Assembly (NCBI GenBank): GCA_034722095.1 | Contig: JAYENM010000339.1 | Span: 1-33,435, forward strand | Direction: 5' to 3' | Source: a candidate division WOR-3 bacterium | GTDB taxonomy: Bacteria > Hydrothermota > UBA3073 | Length of the DNA: 33,435 nt | Shown here: positions 24,749 to 33,435 of the stretch, piece by piece | Layout of the letters: every line of letters begins with the position of its first letter | Numbering within the stretch: position 1 is the first letter of the stretch | Made by a program: the position numbers and the translations under genes | Notes under the pieces: model-generated | Databases searched by the model: none | What the model was told of the DNA's origin: nothing | The model's input: the letters and a program-made list of their open reading frames with translations, nothing else

Positions 24749-24851
24749 CAAATTACAAATAACAAATCTCAAGATCCGTATGGACAATATTTAAATCTCA
24801 ATAACCTAAATTCTAAGCTCTAATTTGGTTTGAACTTAAAAAATAAGTTAC

Positions 24852-25040
24852 TTAATGTGATACTACTTCTTCAACCCTTACAAGATGCCTTACCTTTCTT
24901 ATCATTCCCCGTATCTGGGGCGTATCGTTATGGATCCTCTCATCATGTGGATGATGAAGCCCGAGCGCGAGCAGGGTGCGCTTCTGATCGGACTTTACTC
25001 CTATTTTACTCTTTATCTGTATTACCTTTATCTTATTCAT
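24852..25040 (-). CDS. rpmD: 50S ribosomal protein L30
   Basis: 62-aa ORF starting [11 protein letters not shown], with ...[10 protein letters not shown]. Confidence 0.93.
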   Translation of the reverse strand: MNKIKVIQIKSKIGVKSDQKRTLLALGLHHPHDERIHNDTPQIRGMIRKVRHLVRVEEVVSH

Positions 25041-25075
25041 ATCCGGATATTCAAGATGAGCAGGAGGAAAGTTCT

Positions 25076-25549
25076 TTATAATTGTACTCCTCTTATTTTC
25101 TCAATCTCTTCTTTGGTTTGCATGGAGAGAAGTCCATAAAGTGTTGCCTTCACAAGATTCTTTGTGGTATTGCTGCCCAGAGACTTTGTAAGAATATTTC
25201 TCACCCCGGCAAGCTCTAACACAGCCCTTACGGGTTCACAGGCAATAATGCCTGTTCCAGGGGCAGCGGGTTTCATCAGAAGCTTTGCTCCTCCACACTT
25301 GGAAACAATAGAATGCGGTATAGTCCCGTTTATTACCTTGACACTTTTCATACTTCTTTGTGCCTTTTCTGCTCCTTTTCTAACCGCTGCTGAGACTTCA
25401 TGTGCTTTACCAAAGGCGACTCCTACACGAGATACACCGTCTCCTACAACCACAACGACGGAAAATCTAAAACGTTTTCCTCCTTTTACCACTTTTGATA
25501 CACGATTTACCTCAACTACCCTTTCCTCAAGTTCTTTTTCTTCCTCCAC
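25076..25549 (-). CDS. rpsE: 30S ribosomal protein S5
   Basis: The track ORF starts at TTG 25573. GTG at 25549 is preferred because GGGGG lies 4 nt upstream, the spacing seen at other genes here. Contains [16 protein letters not shown]. Confidence 0.9.
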   Translation of the reverse strand: MEEEKELEERVVEVNRVSKVVKGGKRFRFSVVVVVGDGVSRVGVAFGKAHEVSAAVRKGAEKAQRSMKSVKVINGTIPHSIVSKCGGAKLLMKPAAPGTGIIACEPVRAVLELAGVRNILTKSLGSNTTKNLVKATLYGLLSMQTKEEIEKIRGVQL

Positions 25550-25776
25550 AATACCCCCGGTAAACAAAATCAAAAATCAAATTTCAAAAATCAAAATTAT
25601 AGCCACAGATTAAAGCGACTTCAAAAATTCTAAATAACAATTACTAAATCTGCAGAGTCCTGCGGACAATATCTAAATCCCAATTTTTCAAATTCCAAAC
25701 CAACTGTTCTTGTTTGGAACATTTGAATTTATAACTTAGAATTTGTTTAGAATTTCGGATTTAGAATTTAGGATTT

Positions 25777-26115
25777 CTAAAATCTCAATCCTCCCTCTTT
25801 TGCACCCTCCGCAAGGGCTTTGATTATGCCGTGATACTTATAACCGGAACGATCAAAAACAACACTTTCTATTTTCTGTTTTTTTGCCTTTTTTGCAAGT
25901 CTCTTTCCGCATTCCTTTGCTGCTTCCAGCTTGCTCAGATTAGTACCTTTTAATTGAAGTGTGGAAGAACTCACGAGGGTATTTGATGCAATATCATCAA
26001 TCAACTGCGCATACACATACCTGAGACTTCTATAAACACAAAGTCTCGGTTTTTCCCTCATACCGAATACCTTCTTGCGTATTTTCCTATGTCTTTTTTC
26101 TCTTCCTCTCTCCAT
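25777..26115 (-). CDS. rplR: 50S ribosomal protein L18
   Basis: The track ORF extends to 26157. The ATG at 26115 (MERGREKRHRKIRKK...) gives the typical L18 N-terminus. C-terminal YHGIIKALAEGAKEGGL. Confidence 0.92.
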   Translation of the reverse strand: MERGREKRHRKIRKKVFGMREKPRLCVYRSLRYVYAQLIDDIASNTLVSSSTLQLKGTNLSKLEAAKECGKRLAKKAKKQKIESVVFDRSGYKYHGIIKALAEGAKEGGLRF

Positions 26116-26209
26116 AAGCCCTTTATAAGTAATGAGTAACAAATAACAACAATCCACCCAACTAACAAACTAACCAACTAACAAACTAACTCTTCACACG
26201 CCTTACGCT

Positions 26210-26758
26210 TTATACCCCGGTTGCGACCGCACGTTTACCCTGCTTGCGCCTCACATACTCGTCCTGGTACCTTATTCCCTTACCTTTGTATGGTTCAGGA
26301 GGCTTAAAATTCCTTATTACACTCGCTGTATTACCAACCAATTCTTTATCTATGCCTGTTACCGTTATACGCCGTGGATCAGGAACCGTGATCTTTACCC
26401 CATCAGGCGCTTTATAGACAAAGGAATGAGAAAAACCGACAGAGAGCTCAAGCATATCACCTGACATTTTCGCCCTGTATCCCACACCGACTATCTCCAG
26501 AACCTTAGTGTATCCTTCACTGACCCCTTTAACCATATTTGCGAGAAGTGCTCGTGTCAATCCATAGTAGGGTTGTAGGGAGCTGGATTTCTTCTTTGGA
26601 AGCACAATTATATTACCATTTTTTTTCTGAATATCAAAATCTGGATGGAACTCCCTTGAAAGACAACCCTTTGGGCCACTGACCTTAACTTTAGTGCCTT
26701 CTATTTCAAGCTGAACATCATCTGGTATTGGTATAGGTTTCTTTCCTATTTTAGACAT
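26210..26758 (-). CDS. rplF: 50S ribosomal protein L6
   Basis: 182-aa ORF starting MSKIGKKPIPIP. Confidence 0.96.
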   Translation of the reverse strand: MSKIGKKPIPIPDDVQLEIEGTKVKVSGPKGCLSREFHPDFDIQKKNGNIIVLPKKKSSSLQPYYGLTRALLANMVKGVSEGYTKVLEIVGVGYRAKMSGDMLELSVGFSHSFVYKAPDGVKITVPDPRRITVTGIDKELVGNTASVIRNFKPPEPYKGKGIRYQDEYVRRKQGKRAVATGV

Positions 26759-26864
26759 AATATCTTAATAAAATACAAAGTACAAAATTATTTCTCCAAA
26801 ATTTGATTTCCTATGCGCCACTCCACCGCGCATTCCGCATTTCACATTGGACATAACTTATGGC

Positions 26865-27245
26865 TTACCATAGATAAAAAAGGACTTCTCCTCCAACGCC
26901 TTCTTTCTTTGCCATCCTGTCGGAAAGTACGCCCTTTGACGTGGAGAGAATGGCAGTGCCAAGTCCCTCCCTCACCCGTGGCATATTTTTCAGGTTGGCA
27001 TAAATTCTACGACTCGGTTTGCTAATCCTTTTAAGTCCTTTTATAGCATCCTTCTTGAGGTGTAAAGCAAGTATCTTTTTGGGATGTTTGCCCTTTGTCT
27101 CAAATTTCTCCAGGTAACCCTCTTTCAGAAGAATACTGGCGATGTCCTCTAGAATATTGGAAGAGGGCAATTCCAGATAAAACACCTCTCTCCTTAAGGA
27201 GTTGCGTATCCTTGCTATCATATCACCTATAATATCATTAGTCAT
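26865..27245 (-). CDS. rpsH: 30S ribosomal protein S8
   Basis: 126-aa ORF starting MTNDIIGDMIARIRN and ending ...GGEVLFYLW. Confidence 0.96.
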   Translation of the reverse strand: MTNDIIGDMIARIRNSLRREVFYLELPSSNILEDIASILLKEGYLEKFETKGKHPKKILALHLKKDAIKGLKRISKPSRRIYANLKNMPRVREGLGTAILSTSKGVLSDRMAKKEGVGGEVLFYLW

Positions 27246-27251
27246 AATATT

Positions 27252-27437
27252 TCACCAACTTGCCTTTCTAACACCGGGTATTTCACCCCTCAGTGCTAAC
27301 TCCCTGAAACAAATTCTGCACAGACCAAATTTGGTATAGTATCCCCTTGCCCTGCCACATCTCATGCATCGGTTGTATTTTCTCACCTTGTATTTTGGTT
27401 CTCTTTTAGCCTTTACTTTCCAAGATGTCTTCGCCAT
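27252..27437 (-). CDS. rpsN: 30S ribosomal protein S14, type Z (Zn-binding, 61 aa)
   Basis: 61-aa ORF with [20 protein letters not shown] (CxxC...CxxC). Confidence 0.95.
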   Translation of the reverse strand: MAKTSWKVKAKREPKYKVRKYNRCMRCGRARGYYTKFGLCRICFRELALRGEIPGVRKASW

Positions 27438-27531
27438 AACCCCCCTTGCAGTTGAGTAATTAGGTTATAAGGTAATTAGGTAATTAACTGTTTAGTCCCT
27501 TAAATGACCCAATGACGCAATGACTCAATAT

Positions 27532-28071
27532 TTATCTCTTAAATGGCATTCCAAGGCTTTTAAATAGTTCAAATGCCTCTTCGTCACTTCTTGCCGTGGT
27601 AACGAAGTTTACATCCATCCCAAAGGTAAACTTTACCTTATCGAATTTTATTTCCGGAAATATTGTATGTTCTGTGATGCCCAAGTTATAATTTCCTTTG
27701 CCGTCAAAGGAGTCTGGATCTATACCACGGAAATCTCTTATCCTCGGGATTGCAAAGTTAGTAAGCCTATCAAAAAAGTCAAACATCCTCTCACCCCGTA
27801 GGGTAGCCTTCAATCCGATAGGTTTTCCCTTGCGAAGTTTAAATGAGGCAACGGACTTTCCTGCTTTTATTACGACTGGTTTCTGTCCTGTGATTATCGC
27901 AAGGTCGGAAGAGACAATGTCTATAAGTTTAGGATCCCCTATTGCCTCTCCCAGGCCCACATTAACTACTATTTTTTTGAGCATTGGAACCTCGTATAGA
28001 TTTTTATACCCGAACCTCTTTATCATAGCAGGCACTACTGTCTTATAATATAGCTCTTTAATTCTTGACAT
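27532..28071 (-). CDS. rplE: 50S ribosomal protein L5
   Basis: 179-aa ORF starting MSRIKELYYKTVVPAMIKRFGYKN. Confidence 0.96.
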   Translation of the reverse strand: MSRIKELYYKTVVPAMIKRFGYKNLYEVPMLKKIVVNVGLGEAIGDPKLIDIVSSDLAIITGQKPVVIKAGKSVASFKLRKGKPIGLKATLRGERMFDFFDRLTNFAIPRIRDFRGIDPDSFDGKGNYNLGITEHTIFPEIKFDKVKFTFGMDVNFVTTARSDEEAFELFKSLGMPFKR

Positions 28072-28105
28072 AGTTTACTTATTAGATTCAATCAAAAAGC
28101 CATGT

Positions 28106-28414
28106 CTAATCTATCATCTCCTTGCACTTTTTACATTTCCGTGCCCTCATATCTCCAACTCTGCTTATTGAAATCTTCACCGTATTTCTACACTTCGGAC
28201 ATACAAGCATGACATTTGAGGCACTGATGGGCCCTTCCCTGTGCAATATACCTCCCGGTTCCTCCGCTGAACGCGCCCGCATGTGTTTCTTCTGAAAATT
28301 AATCCCTTCAACTATGAGCATCCCTTTTCTTGGGAATACCCTCAACACCTTCCCCGTCTTGCCTTTGTATTCTCCTAAGGTTACTTTTACCGTATCATTC
28401 TTTTTTATCTTCAT
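28106..28414 (-). CDS. rplX: 50S ribosomal protein L24 with C-terminal CxxC-x18-CxxC segment
   Basis: 102-aa ORF with a KOW motif (KKNDTVKVTLGEYKGKTGKV). The C-terminus is CPKCRNTVKISISRVGDMRARKCKKC. Confidence 0.95.
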   Translation of the reverse strand: MKIKKNDTVKVTLGEYKGKTGKVLRVFPRKGMLIVEGINFQKKHMRARSAEEPGGILHREGPISASNVMLVCPKCRNTVKISISRVGDMRARKCKKCKEMID

Positions 28415-28416
28415 AT

Positions 28417-28785
28417 CTATATCACCTCGGGTGCCATAGAGATTATCTTCATAAAGTTCTTATCTCGTAATTCTCTCGAGACCGGTCCAAACACCCTTGT
28501 TCCTATTGGCTCAAGTTGATTATTTATAAGCACACAAGCATTGTCATCAAACCTCACATAACTCCCGTCATTTCTTCTCATCTCCTTTCTCGTGCGAACA
28601 ATAACTGCCTTCTGAATAGTTCCGCTCTTTATCTGACTCCTAGGAACCGTTTCCTTTATTGCGACCACAATGACATCACCTGACCTTGCATATCTCTTTC
28701 TGGAGTATCCAGGCATCCCAATACACATACCGACTTTTGCCCCTGAATTATCTACTATTCCCAATCTTGTTCGTAGTGTGATCAT
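28417..28785 (-). CDS. rplN: 50S ribosomal protein L14
   Basis: 122-aa ORF starting [17 protein letters not shown]. Confidence 0.96.
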   Translation of the reverse strand: MITLRTRLGIVDNSGAKVGMCIGMPGYSRKRYARSGDVIVVAIKETVPRSQIKSGTIQKAVIVRTRKEMRRNDGSYVRFDDNACVLINNQLEPIGTRVFGPVSRELRDKNFMKIISMAPEVI

Positions 28786-29015
28786 TTCTTTACCTCGACT
28801 ATCCTGAAGTGTTTCTTTTTTGACAAGGGTCTTGTTTCTTCTATTACAACAGTATCCCCAAGCTTGGTCTTGTTATTCTCATCGTGGCACATTACCTTCA
28901 TATATTTTCTGACGACCTTGCCCAACAATGGATGTTTCCTTTTAATCTCTACCTTAACAAGACAACTTCTGTCCATCTTATCAGATATAACTTCACCTGA
29001 AAACCTTCTTTTCAT
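28782..29015 (-). CDS. rpsQ: 30S ribosomal protein S17
   Basis: 77-aa ORF with ...[27 protein letters not shown]. Overlaps the rplN start. Confidence 0.95.
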   Translation of the reverse strand: MKRRFSGEVISDKMDRSCLVKVEIKRKHPLLGKVVRKYMKVMCHDENNKTKLGDTVVIEETRPLSKKKHFRIVEVKK

Positions 29016-29052
29016 ACGCTATCTCCCTGCCAACTAAAAAGGTATTGAAATC

Positions 29053-29256
29053 TCACTTTTTATCTCCCGTAATTTCCTTTTCTCTCAGTATTGTCTTTAT
29101 TCGTGCTATCTCTCTCTTTATCTTTTTGATATCCGAGGGCTTTGGGGTTTCAGCTTGTTTCTTAAACCTTATACTCATGAACTCTTCATGCAGGTCATGT
29201 AGCTTTTGCTTTAGCTCGTCAGCAGAAAACTCCCGCAGTTCAAAGGGCTTCACCAA
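29053..29256 (-). CDS. rpmC: 50S ribosomal protein L29
   Basis: 67-aa ORF with ...[21 protein letters not shown]. Confidence 0.93.
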   Translation of the reverse strand: MVKPFELREFSADELKQKLHDLHEEFMSIRFKKQAETPKPSDIKKIKREIARIKTILREKEITGDKK

Positions 29257-29668
29257 GGCCTCCTTTTCTTATTATAATTTTGGTTTTCACAGGCAGTTTT
29301 GAGGCTCCAAGTCTTAAGGCCTCCATTGCCTCTTCCTTGGGTATACCACCAAGTTCAAATAGTATTCTACCCGGTTTTACAACGGCAACCCAGAACTCCG
29401 GCGAGCCTTTACCCTTACCCATTCTTGTCTCTGCTGGCTTTTTGGTAACAGGCTTGTCAGGAAATATTCTTATCCACAACTTTCCTGACCTCTTTAGGTA
29501 TCTGGATATTGCAACTCTGGCTGCCTCTATCTGACGCTGGGTAATCCACGCAGGTTCAAGTGTCTTTAAGGCATAGTTCCCAAAAACAAGCGAATTTCCT
29601 CGTGTTGCAATACCCTTTCTTCTGCCCCTGTGTTGCTTTCTGTATTTTACTCTTGATGGTTGTAACAT
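29240..29668 (-). CDS. rplP: 50S ribosomal protein L16
   Basis: 142-aa ORF starting [16 protein letters not shown]. Confidence 0.96.
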   Translation of the reverse strand: MLQPSRVKYRKQHRGRRKGIATRGNSLVFGNYALKTLEPAWITQRQIEAARVAISRYLKRSGKLWIRIFPDKPVTKKPAETRMGKGKGSPEFWVAVVKPGRILFELGGIPKEEAMEALRLGASKLPVKTKIIIRKGGLGEAL

Positions 29669-29754
29669 ACCTTCACATTAAAATGTAAAATTAGCAAATC
29701 AAATTTTTAATTGATAATTTTACATTGCTAATTTTGCAATGAATCAGCGGACTT

Positions 29755-30384
29755 TTATATTTCTACATTGCCCTTGTATATCCAGACTTTTACCCCGACA
29801 ACGCCAGAGATAGTTTTTGAAGGTATATAAGAATAATCAAGATCTGCCCTGAGTGTTTGAAGTGGCACCCTGCCCTCTCTATACCATTCGTTCCTGGCAA
29901 TCTCTGCCCCGCCGAGTCTCCCCTTGCACATTACCTTTATACCCAATGCACCCATACGTATAGCCTGCTGTACAGCCCGTTTCATAGCCCTCCTATGGGA
30001 CACTCTCTCCTCTATTTGTCTTGCTATGTTCTGAGCAACAATTCTGGCATCTGTCTCAGGCACTTTTACCTCTTCTATATTTATATAAACATCCTTGCTC
30101 TTGGTTAAAAATGCAAGTTCATTTTTGAGCCTTTCGACCTCTACTCCTTTCCTGCCTATTATAATTCCAGGTCTTGCACTATATATTGTAATTGTGAGTT
30201 TTGCCTCAGTTCGTTCTATCTCTACATCTGATATTGCTGCACGTACGAATCTCTTCTCAATATATTTTCTGATGGTGGCATCTTCTGTAATATACTCCTT
30301 GAATTTATTCTTTGTTATCCATCGAGACTTCCAGTTTTTGGTTATACCCAATCTAAAACCATACGGATGTGTCTTTTGTCCCAC
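29755..30384 (-). CDS. rpsC: 30S ribosomal protein S3
   Basis: 209-aa ORF starting [14 protein letters not shown], with a KH domain. Confidence 0.96.
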   Translation of the reverse strand: MGQKTHPYGFRLGITKNWKSRWITKNKFKEYITEDATIRKYIEKRFVRAAISDVEIERTEAKLTITIYSARPGIIIGRKGVEVERLKNELAFLTKSKDVYINIEEVKVPETDARIVAQNIARQIEERVSHRRAMKRAVQQAIRMGALGIKVMCKGRLGGAEIARNEWYREGRVPLQTLRADLDYSYIPSKTISGVVGVKVWIYKGNVEI

Positions 30385-30424
30385 TAATCCTCCTTATTAT
30401 TAAATCATGTATTATCAAACCCAA

Positions 30425-30444
30425 CCTGCCTGACGGCAGTCAGG
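30425..30444. repeat. CCTGCC..CAGG core hairpin next to element copy B
   Basis: cctgcctgacggcagtcagg (one mismatch in the stem). Confidence 0.65.
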
Positions 30445-30473
30445 GAGACACTGAAATCACACATTGGTTACAG

Positions 30474-30751
30474 GTAATCACTAATCGGTAAATTCCAAGG
30501 CATATCAGGATATCAGTGGATCAATCCATACGGATCCGTAGGGATAGGCAGAGTATCAGGTTATCAGAAGATCAGGCAGCCTGATGCTCTGATATACTGA
30601 TACCCCCCGACTGATATTCTGATCTCCCGATATACTCGTCATGTTATGCTTCCTACTGATATTCTGATCGTCGGATACGCTTGTTTTTCCTGACCACTGA
30701 TGACCGATCACTGATTACCCGATCTGCTGGTTTCCTTCCTACTGATACTCT
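30474..30751 (+). repeat. copy B of the ~280-bp structured non-coding element (between rpsC and rplV)
   Basis: Same orientation as copy A. Identical runs correspond to 17001-17038 and 17042-17113 of copy A. Palindrome TACGGATCCGTA at 30529-30540. Confidence 0.9.
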
Positions 30752-30762
30752 TTTTCTCACGA

Positions 30763-31116
30763 TCACCGATTACTGCTAACCTCATCGGTAACCACACACT
30801 TAAGATGGCTGAATCTCCTGTGTATTATATCTCTTCTTCCCCTTGCTCTCGGATTGAGTCTTTTTAATCTAAAACTCTGTTCTACAATAACAGATTTAAT
30901 TATAGCATCTTTCTCGCTTATATCCTCCTCTTTTTTTACTTTTAAATTTGCATAAGCAGATTTAATAGCCTTTGCAACCAGATTTGTATGTGTAGAAGGA
31001 AGCTGTTGCATTGCAGCAAGCGCCTCTTCCACACTCATGCCACGGAGTGGAGACACAAGCCTCACAAGTTTTTTGGAGGAAATTCTCAGGTATTTCTGAT
31101 AGGCAAAGCTTTCCAT
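30763..31116 (-). CDS. rplV: 50S ribosomal protein L22
   Basis: 117-aa ORF with ...YLRISSKKLVRLVSPLRGMSVEEA. The last codons are made of spacer-repeat words (see findings). Confidence 0.94.
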   Translation of the reverse strand: MESFAYQKYLRISSKKLVRLVSPLRGMSVEEALAAMQQLPSTHTNLVAKAIKSAYANLKVKKEEDISEKDAIIKSVIVEQSFRLKRLNPRARGRRDIIHRRFSHLKCVVTDEVSSNR

Positions 31117-31391
31117 TATGGCTTCCTCCTTGTCTCTTTGGCCTTCTTTCCACCATGCTGTCTAAAAACCTTACTGGGTGCAAATTCTGCTAATTTATGC
31201 CCCACCATATTCTCCGTTATATATACAGGGATAAACCTGTTTCCATTGTGAATCTGAATTGTATGCCCAACAAACTCAGGTGTAATTATAGACCTTCTTG
31301 CCCATGTCTTTATCGGTTTCTTGTCACCGCTTTTTATCTTCTTTAACAATTTTTCATCTATGTAAGGTCCTTTTTTAAGTGATCTTGCCAT
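31116..31391 (-). CDS. rpsS: 30S ribosomal protein S19
   Basis: 91-aa ORF starting [15 protein letters not shown], with ...GHKLAEFAP. Confidence 0.96.
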   Translation of the reverse strand: MARSLKKGPYIDEKLLKKIKSGDKKPIKTWARRSIITPEFVGHTIQIHNGNRFIPVYITENMVGHKLAEFAPSKVFRQHGGKKAKETRRKP

Positions 31392-31412
31392 TACCCCCCC
31401 TAAACTTTGTTA

Positions 31413-32231
31413 TCACTTTCTTCTTTGTAAGATAAACTTATTTGATGGTTTTTTCTTTTTTCTTGTCTTTTTACCCTTTGCTGGAACACCGGTGGGCGAC
31501 CTTGGGATATGCCCTTTGCTCCTACCTTCTCCTCCGCCCATCGGATGGTCAACGGGGTTCATCGCAGAACCTCTTACCTTGGGTCTTCTACCCAGATGTC
31601 TTACTCTACCTGCCTTGCCGATGATAACGGCGCGGTTGTCAGGATTGGATACCTGACCAAGCGTAGCATAACAGTCAAGATGCACAAGTCTTACTTCTCC
31701 GGATGAAAGCTTTAAATGCGCATAAGCTCCTTCTTTTGCAAGGATTTTGGCTGATGTACCTGCTGCCCTTACGAGTTTGCCTCCTCTTCCTGGTTCAAGT
31801 TCTATATTGTGGATATCCATACCCGGTGGAATATGTTTCAACGGAAGTGCATTTCCGACTTTTACTGGCGCCTCCGGGCCTGATATGACCCTGTCCCCAA
31901 CAGACAGTCCAACAGGACAGAGGATATATCTCTTCTCGCCGTCTATATAGGAAAGCCTTGCTATTCTTGCGCCTCTATTTGGGTCATACTCAATATGTGT
32001 TACCTTTGCTTCTATTCCGTGTTTATTCCTTTTGAAATCAATAATACGTAGAAATCTCTTTGCTCCGCCTCCTCTGTGTCTCACGGTTATCCTGCCCTTT
32101 GTATCCCTGCCCGCCTTCGACTTTAGTGGACGAACAAGAGATTTCAAAGGTCTCTCTTTTGAGAGGACGGAGAAGTCCTCAAATGTCGTATGTCTCCTTG
32201 AAGGAGTTATCGGTCTTACTTTCTTTACCAT
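31413..32231 (-). CDS. rplB: 50S ribosomal protein L2
   Basis: The track ORF extends to 32273. The ATG at 32231 gives the canonical [15 protein letters not shown]-terminus. C-terminal ...[12 protein letters not shown]. Confidence 0.94.
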   Translation of the reverse strand: MVKKVRPITPSRRHTTFEDFSVLSKERPLKSLVRPLKSKAGRDTKGRITVRHRGGGAKRFLRIIDFKRNKHGIEAKVTHIEYDPNRGARIARLSYIDGEKRYILCPVGLSVGDRVISGPEAPVKVGNALPLKHIPPGMDIHNIELEPGRGGKLVRAAGTSAKILAKEGAYAHLKLSSGEVRLVHLDCYATLGQVSNPDNRAVIIGKAGRVRHLGRRPKVRGSAMNPVDHPMGGGEGRSKGHIPRSPTGVPAKGKKTRKKKKPSNKFILQRRK

Positions 32232-32259
32232 AATCTTAAAAAGCTCGGGAAATAGTGAA

Positions 32260-32553
32260 TTACATGCCCTCAAATACAGCTATTGTGTCACCCTCTTTAA
32301 GTTTTACAATTGCTTTCTTCTTTTTTGCCTTTCTGCCTGTCCAACGACCAAGTCTTTTTGGCTTACCTATGAGATTGAATGTTCTCACCTTTAGAGGTCT
32401 CACCTTAAAGAGCTCCTCAATTGCTTTGCCTATCTCAATTTTGTTCGCATCAGGATGGACCCAGAAGGTGTAACTGTTGGTCTTTGCCTTGAGTTTCAAT
32501 GCCTTCTCTGTGAGAAGGGGTGATATTATTATATTTCTTGCGTCCTTATCCAA
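32260..32553 (-). CDS. rplW: 50S ribosomal protein L23
   Basis: 97-aa ORF with ...ISPLLTEKA...[17 protein letters not shown]. Confidence 0.94.
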   Translation of the reverse strand: MDKDARNIIISPLLTEKALKLKAKTNSYTFWVHPDANKIEIGKAIEELFKVRPLKVRTFNLIGKPKRLGRWTGRKAKKKKAIVKLKEGDTIAVFEGM

Positions 32554-33172
32554 GTCTCTCCTCCAGTGAAAGAAGCCCTTTTAAGGAAAATATTATTGTG
32601 TCCGCTGAGAGAACTGCCAATGCGTTCAGGTCACTTGCAGTGATAAAGCTTACCCCGGGAATATTTCTACCAGATTTATACACATTGGTATTGGTCTTTT
32701 CCAGAGTAAAGAGTAACTTTGTACTCTCCTTAACACCAAAAGTTTTCAGCATATCATAAAATATCTTTGTCTTTGGATGCTCTATTGTAATCTCATCTAT
32801 GATGAGGATCTTGCCATTCTTTGCCATAAGTGAAAGAGAAGAGAGGAGTGCAAGTCTCTTCTTCTTTTTAGGCATGTCTATATTGTAGTCTCTCGGTTTT
32901 GGGCCAAAGGTTACACCGCCACCTCTCCATATAGGGGACCTTGTTGAACCCGCTCTTGCCATTCCTGTATGTTTCTGACGCCAGGGCTTTCTGCCTCCTC
33001 CTCTTACTTCCCCTCGTTTCTTGGCCGATGCAGTTCCCTCTCTTGCGTTTGCCATATATGCCCTTATAACTTCAGAGATGAGGGTCTTGTTTATCTCTTG
33101 CTCAAATACAGAAGGGGAAAGCTTTCTCTTTCCTACGATACTGCCATCTTTTGAATACACATTTATTCTCAT
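32546..33172 (-). CDS. rplD: 50S ribosomal protein L4
   Basis: The track ORF extends to 33229 across a perfect hairpin. The ATG at 33172 (MRINVYSKDG...) gives a typical L4 N-terminus. Contains GGGRKPWRQKHTGMARAGS. Confidence 0.92.
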   Translation of the reverse strand: MRINVYSKDGSIVGKRKLSPSVFEQEINKTLISEVIRAYMANAREGTASAKKRGEVRGGGRKPWRQKHTGMARAGSTRSPIWRGGGVTFGPKPRDYNIDMPKKKKRLALLSSLSLMAKNGKILIIDEITIEHPKTKIFYDMLKTFGVKESTKLLFTLEKTNTNVYKSGRNIPGVSFITASDLNALAVLSADTIIFSLKGLLSLEERLG

Positions 33173-33190
33173 AATAAAATTAGGTATAAA

Positions 33191-33219
33191 GCCACAGAAA
33201 AACAGGGTGTTTCTGTGGC
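33191..33219. repeat. perfect 10-bp hairpin between rplC and rplD
   Basis: gccacagaaa aacagggtg tttctgtggc. Confidence 0.8.
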
Positions 33220-33235
33220 TGATATTCAAGCAAGT

Positions 33236-33435
33236 TTAACCTTTTATGACAAGAAAACCACCTTTTATTCCCGGGACAGTTCCCTTAAGATATATAAGAT
33301 TCTGATCCTCATCTATTTTTACGATGGAGAGGTTCTTCAATGTAACCTTATCTGCTCCAGTCTTCCCTGCCATTTTTTTGCCCTTCCAGACCCTTCCAGG
33401 GTCAGCACTGGAACCTATAGACCCCTGGACACGAT
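33236..33435 (-). CDS. rplC: 50S ribosomal protein L3 (C-terminal fragment; gene continues beyond the window)
   Basis: Hand translation of the minus strand from 33433 gives RVQGSIGSSADPGRVWKGKKMAGKTGADKVTLKNLSIVKIDEDQNLIYLKGTVPGIKGGFLVIKG plus a stop at 33236-33238. Confidence 0.9.
   Translation of the reverse strand, partial: RVQGSIGSSADPGRVWKGKKMAGKTGADKVTLKNLSIVKIDEDQNLIYLKGTVPGIKGGFLVIKG

Noticed and set aside
26813-27025. 70-aa plus-strand ORF across the rplF-rpsH spacer and the rpsH 3' end.
   Set aside because: It is antisense to rpsH, has no SD, and has an implausible composition.
32232-32273. N-terminal extensions offered by the ORF track for rplB, rplD (to 33229), rplR (to 26157), rplO (to 24699), rpsD (to 20736), rpsE (to 25573) and sucC (from 2792).
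   Set aside because: The internal starts reproduce the canonical conserved N-termini of these families. The extensions run through spacer hairpins or upstream gene ends.
1-33435. Whether the word-like, low-complexity spacers are assembly junk or chimeric joins.
   Set aside because: The flanking genes are intact, in canonical order and correctly phased. The spacers have precise internal symmetry and shared modules. An artefact cannot be fully excluded without reads, so read mapping is listed as a check.

Overview
This is a 33.4-kb bacterial window, moderately AT-rich, with strong GGGGG-type Shine-Dalgarno sites. The lineage cannot be named from sequence alone; PorV/UPF0164-like outer-membrane genes hint at an FCB-group-like diderm. 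The plus-strand left part carries gap, pgk, sucC, sucD, a small 2x[4Fe-4S] ferredoxin, a transglutaminase-like protein, birA, comM/yifB, a small DUF2007-like ORF, a class-A beta-lactamase-fold lipoprotein, and a translationally coupled pair (651-aa secreted protein plus 401-aa beta-barrel-like protein). The minus-strand right part is one co-directional block: rplC(partial)-rplD-rplW-rplB-rpsS-rplV-rpsC-rplP-rpmC-rpsQ-rplN-rplX-rplE-rpsN-rpsH-rplF-rplR-rpsE-rpmD-rplO-secY-adk-infA-rpmJ-rpsM-rpsK-rpsD-rpoA-rplQ. That block runs with a 1-nt gap into three 2-oxoacid:ferredoxin oxidoreductase subunit genes and then a PorV-like OMP gene. The coding content is largely ordinary. The unusual content is non-coding. 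Most intergenic spacers are 90-600 bp long, including several inside the ribosomal-protein cluster and those inside the sucCD and oxidoreductase operons. They are built from a shared vocabulary of degenerate 7-8-nt words arranged as phase-locked tandem arrays, nested inverted repeats and GC-rich core hairpins. The spacers also contain GTAG-headed REP-like palindromes and one ~280-bp element present in two ~94% identical copies. A beta-lactamase-fold gene flanked by 27-nt direct repeats looks like a small acquired cassette. I found no rRNA, tRNA, CRISPR array, transposase or integrase by eye.
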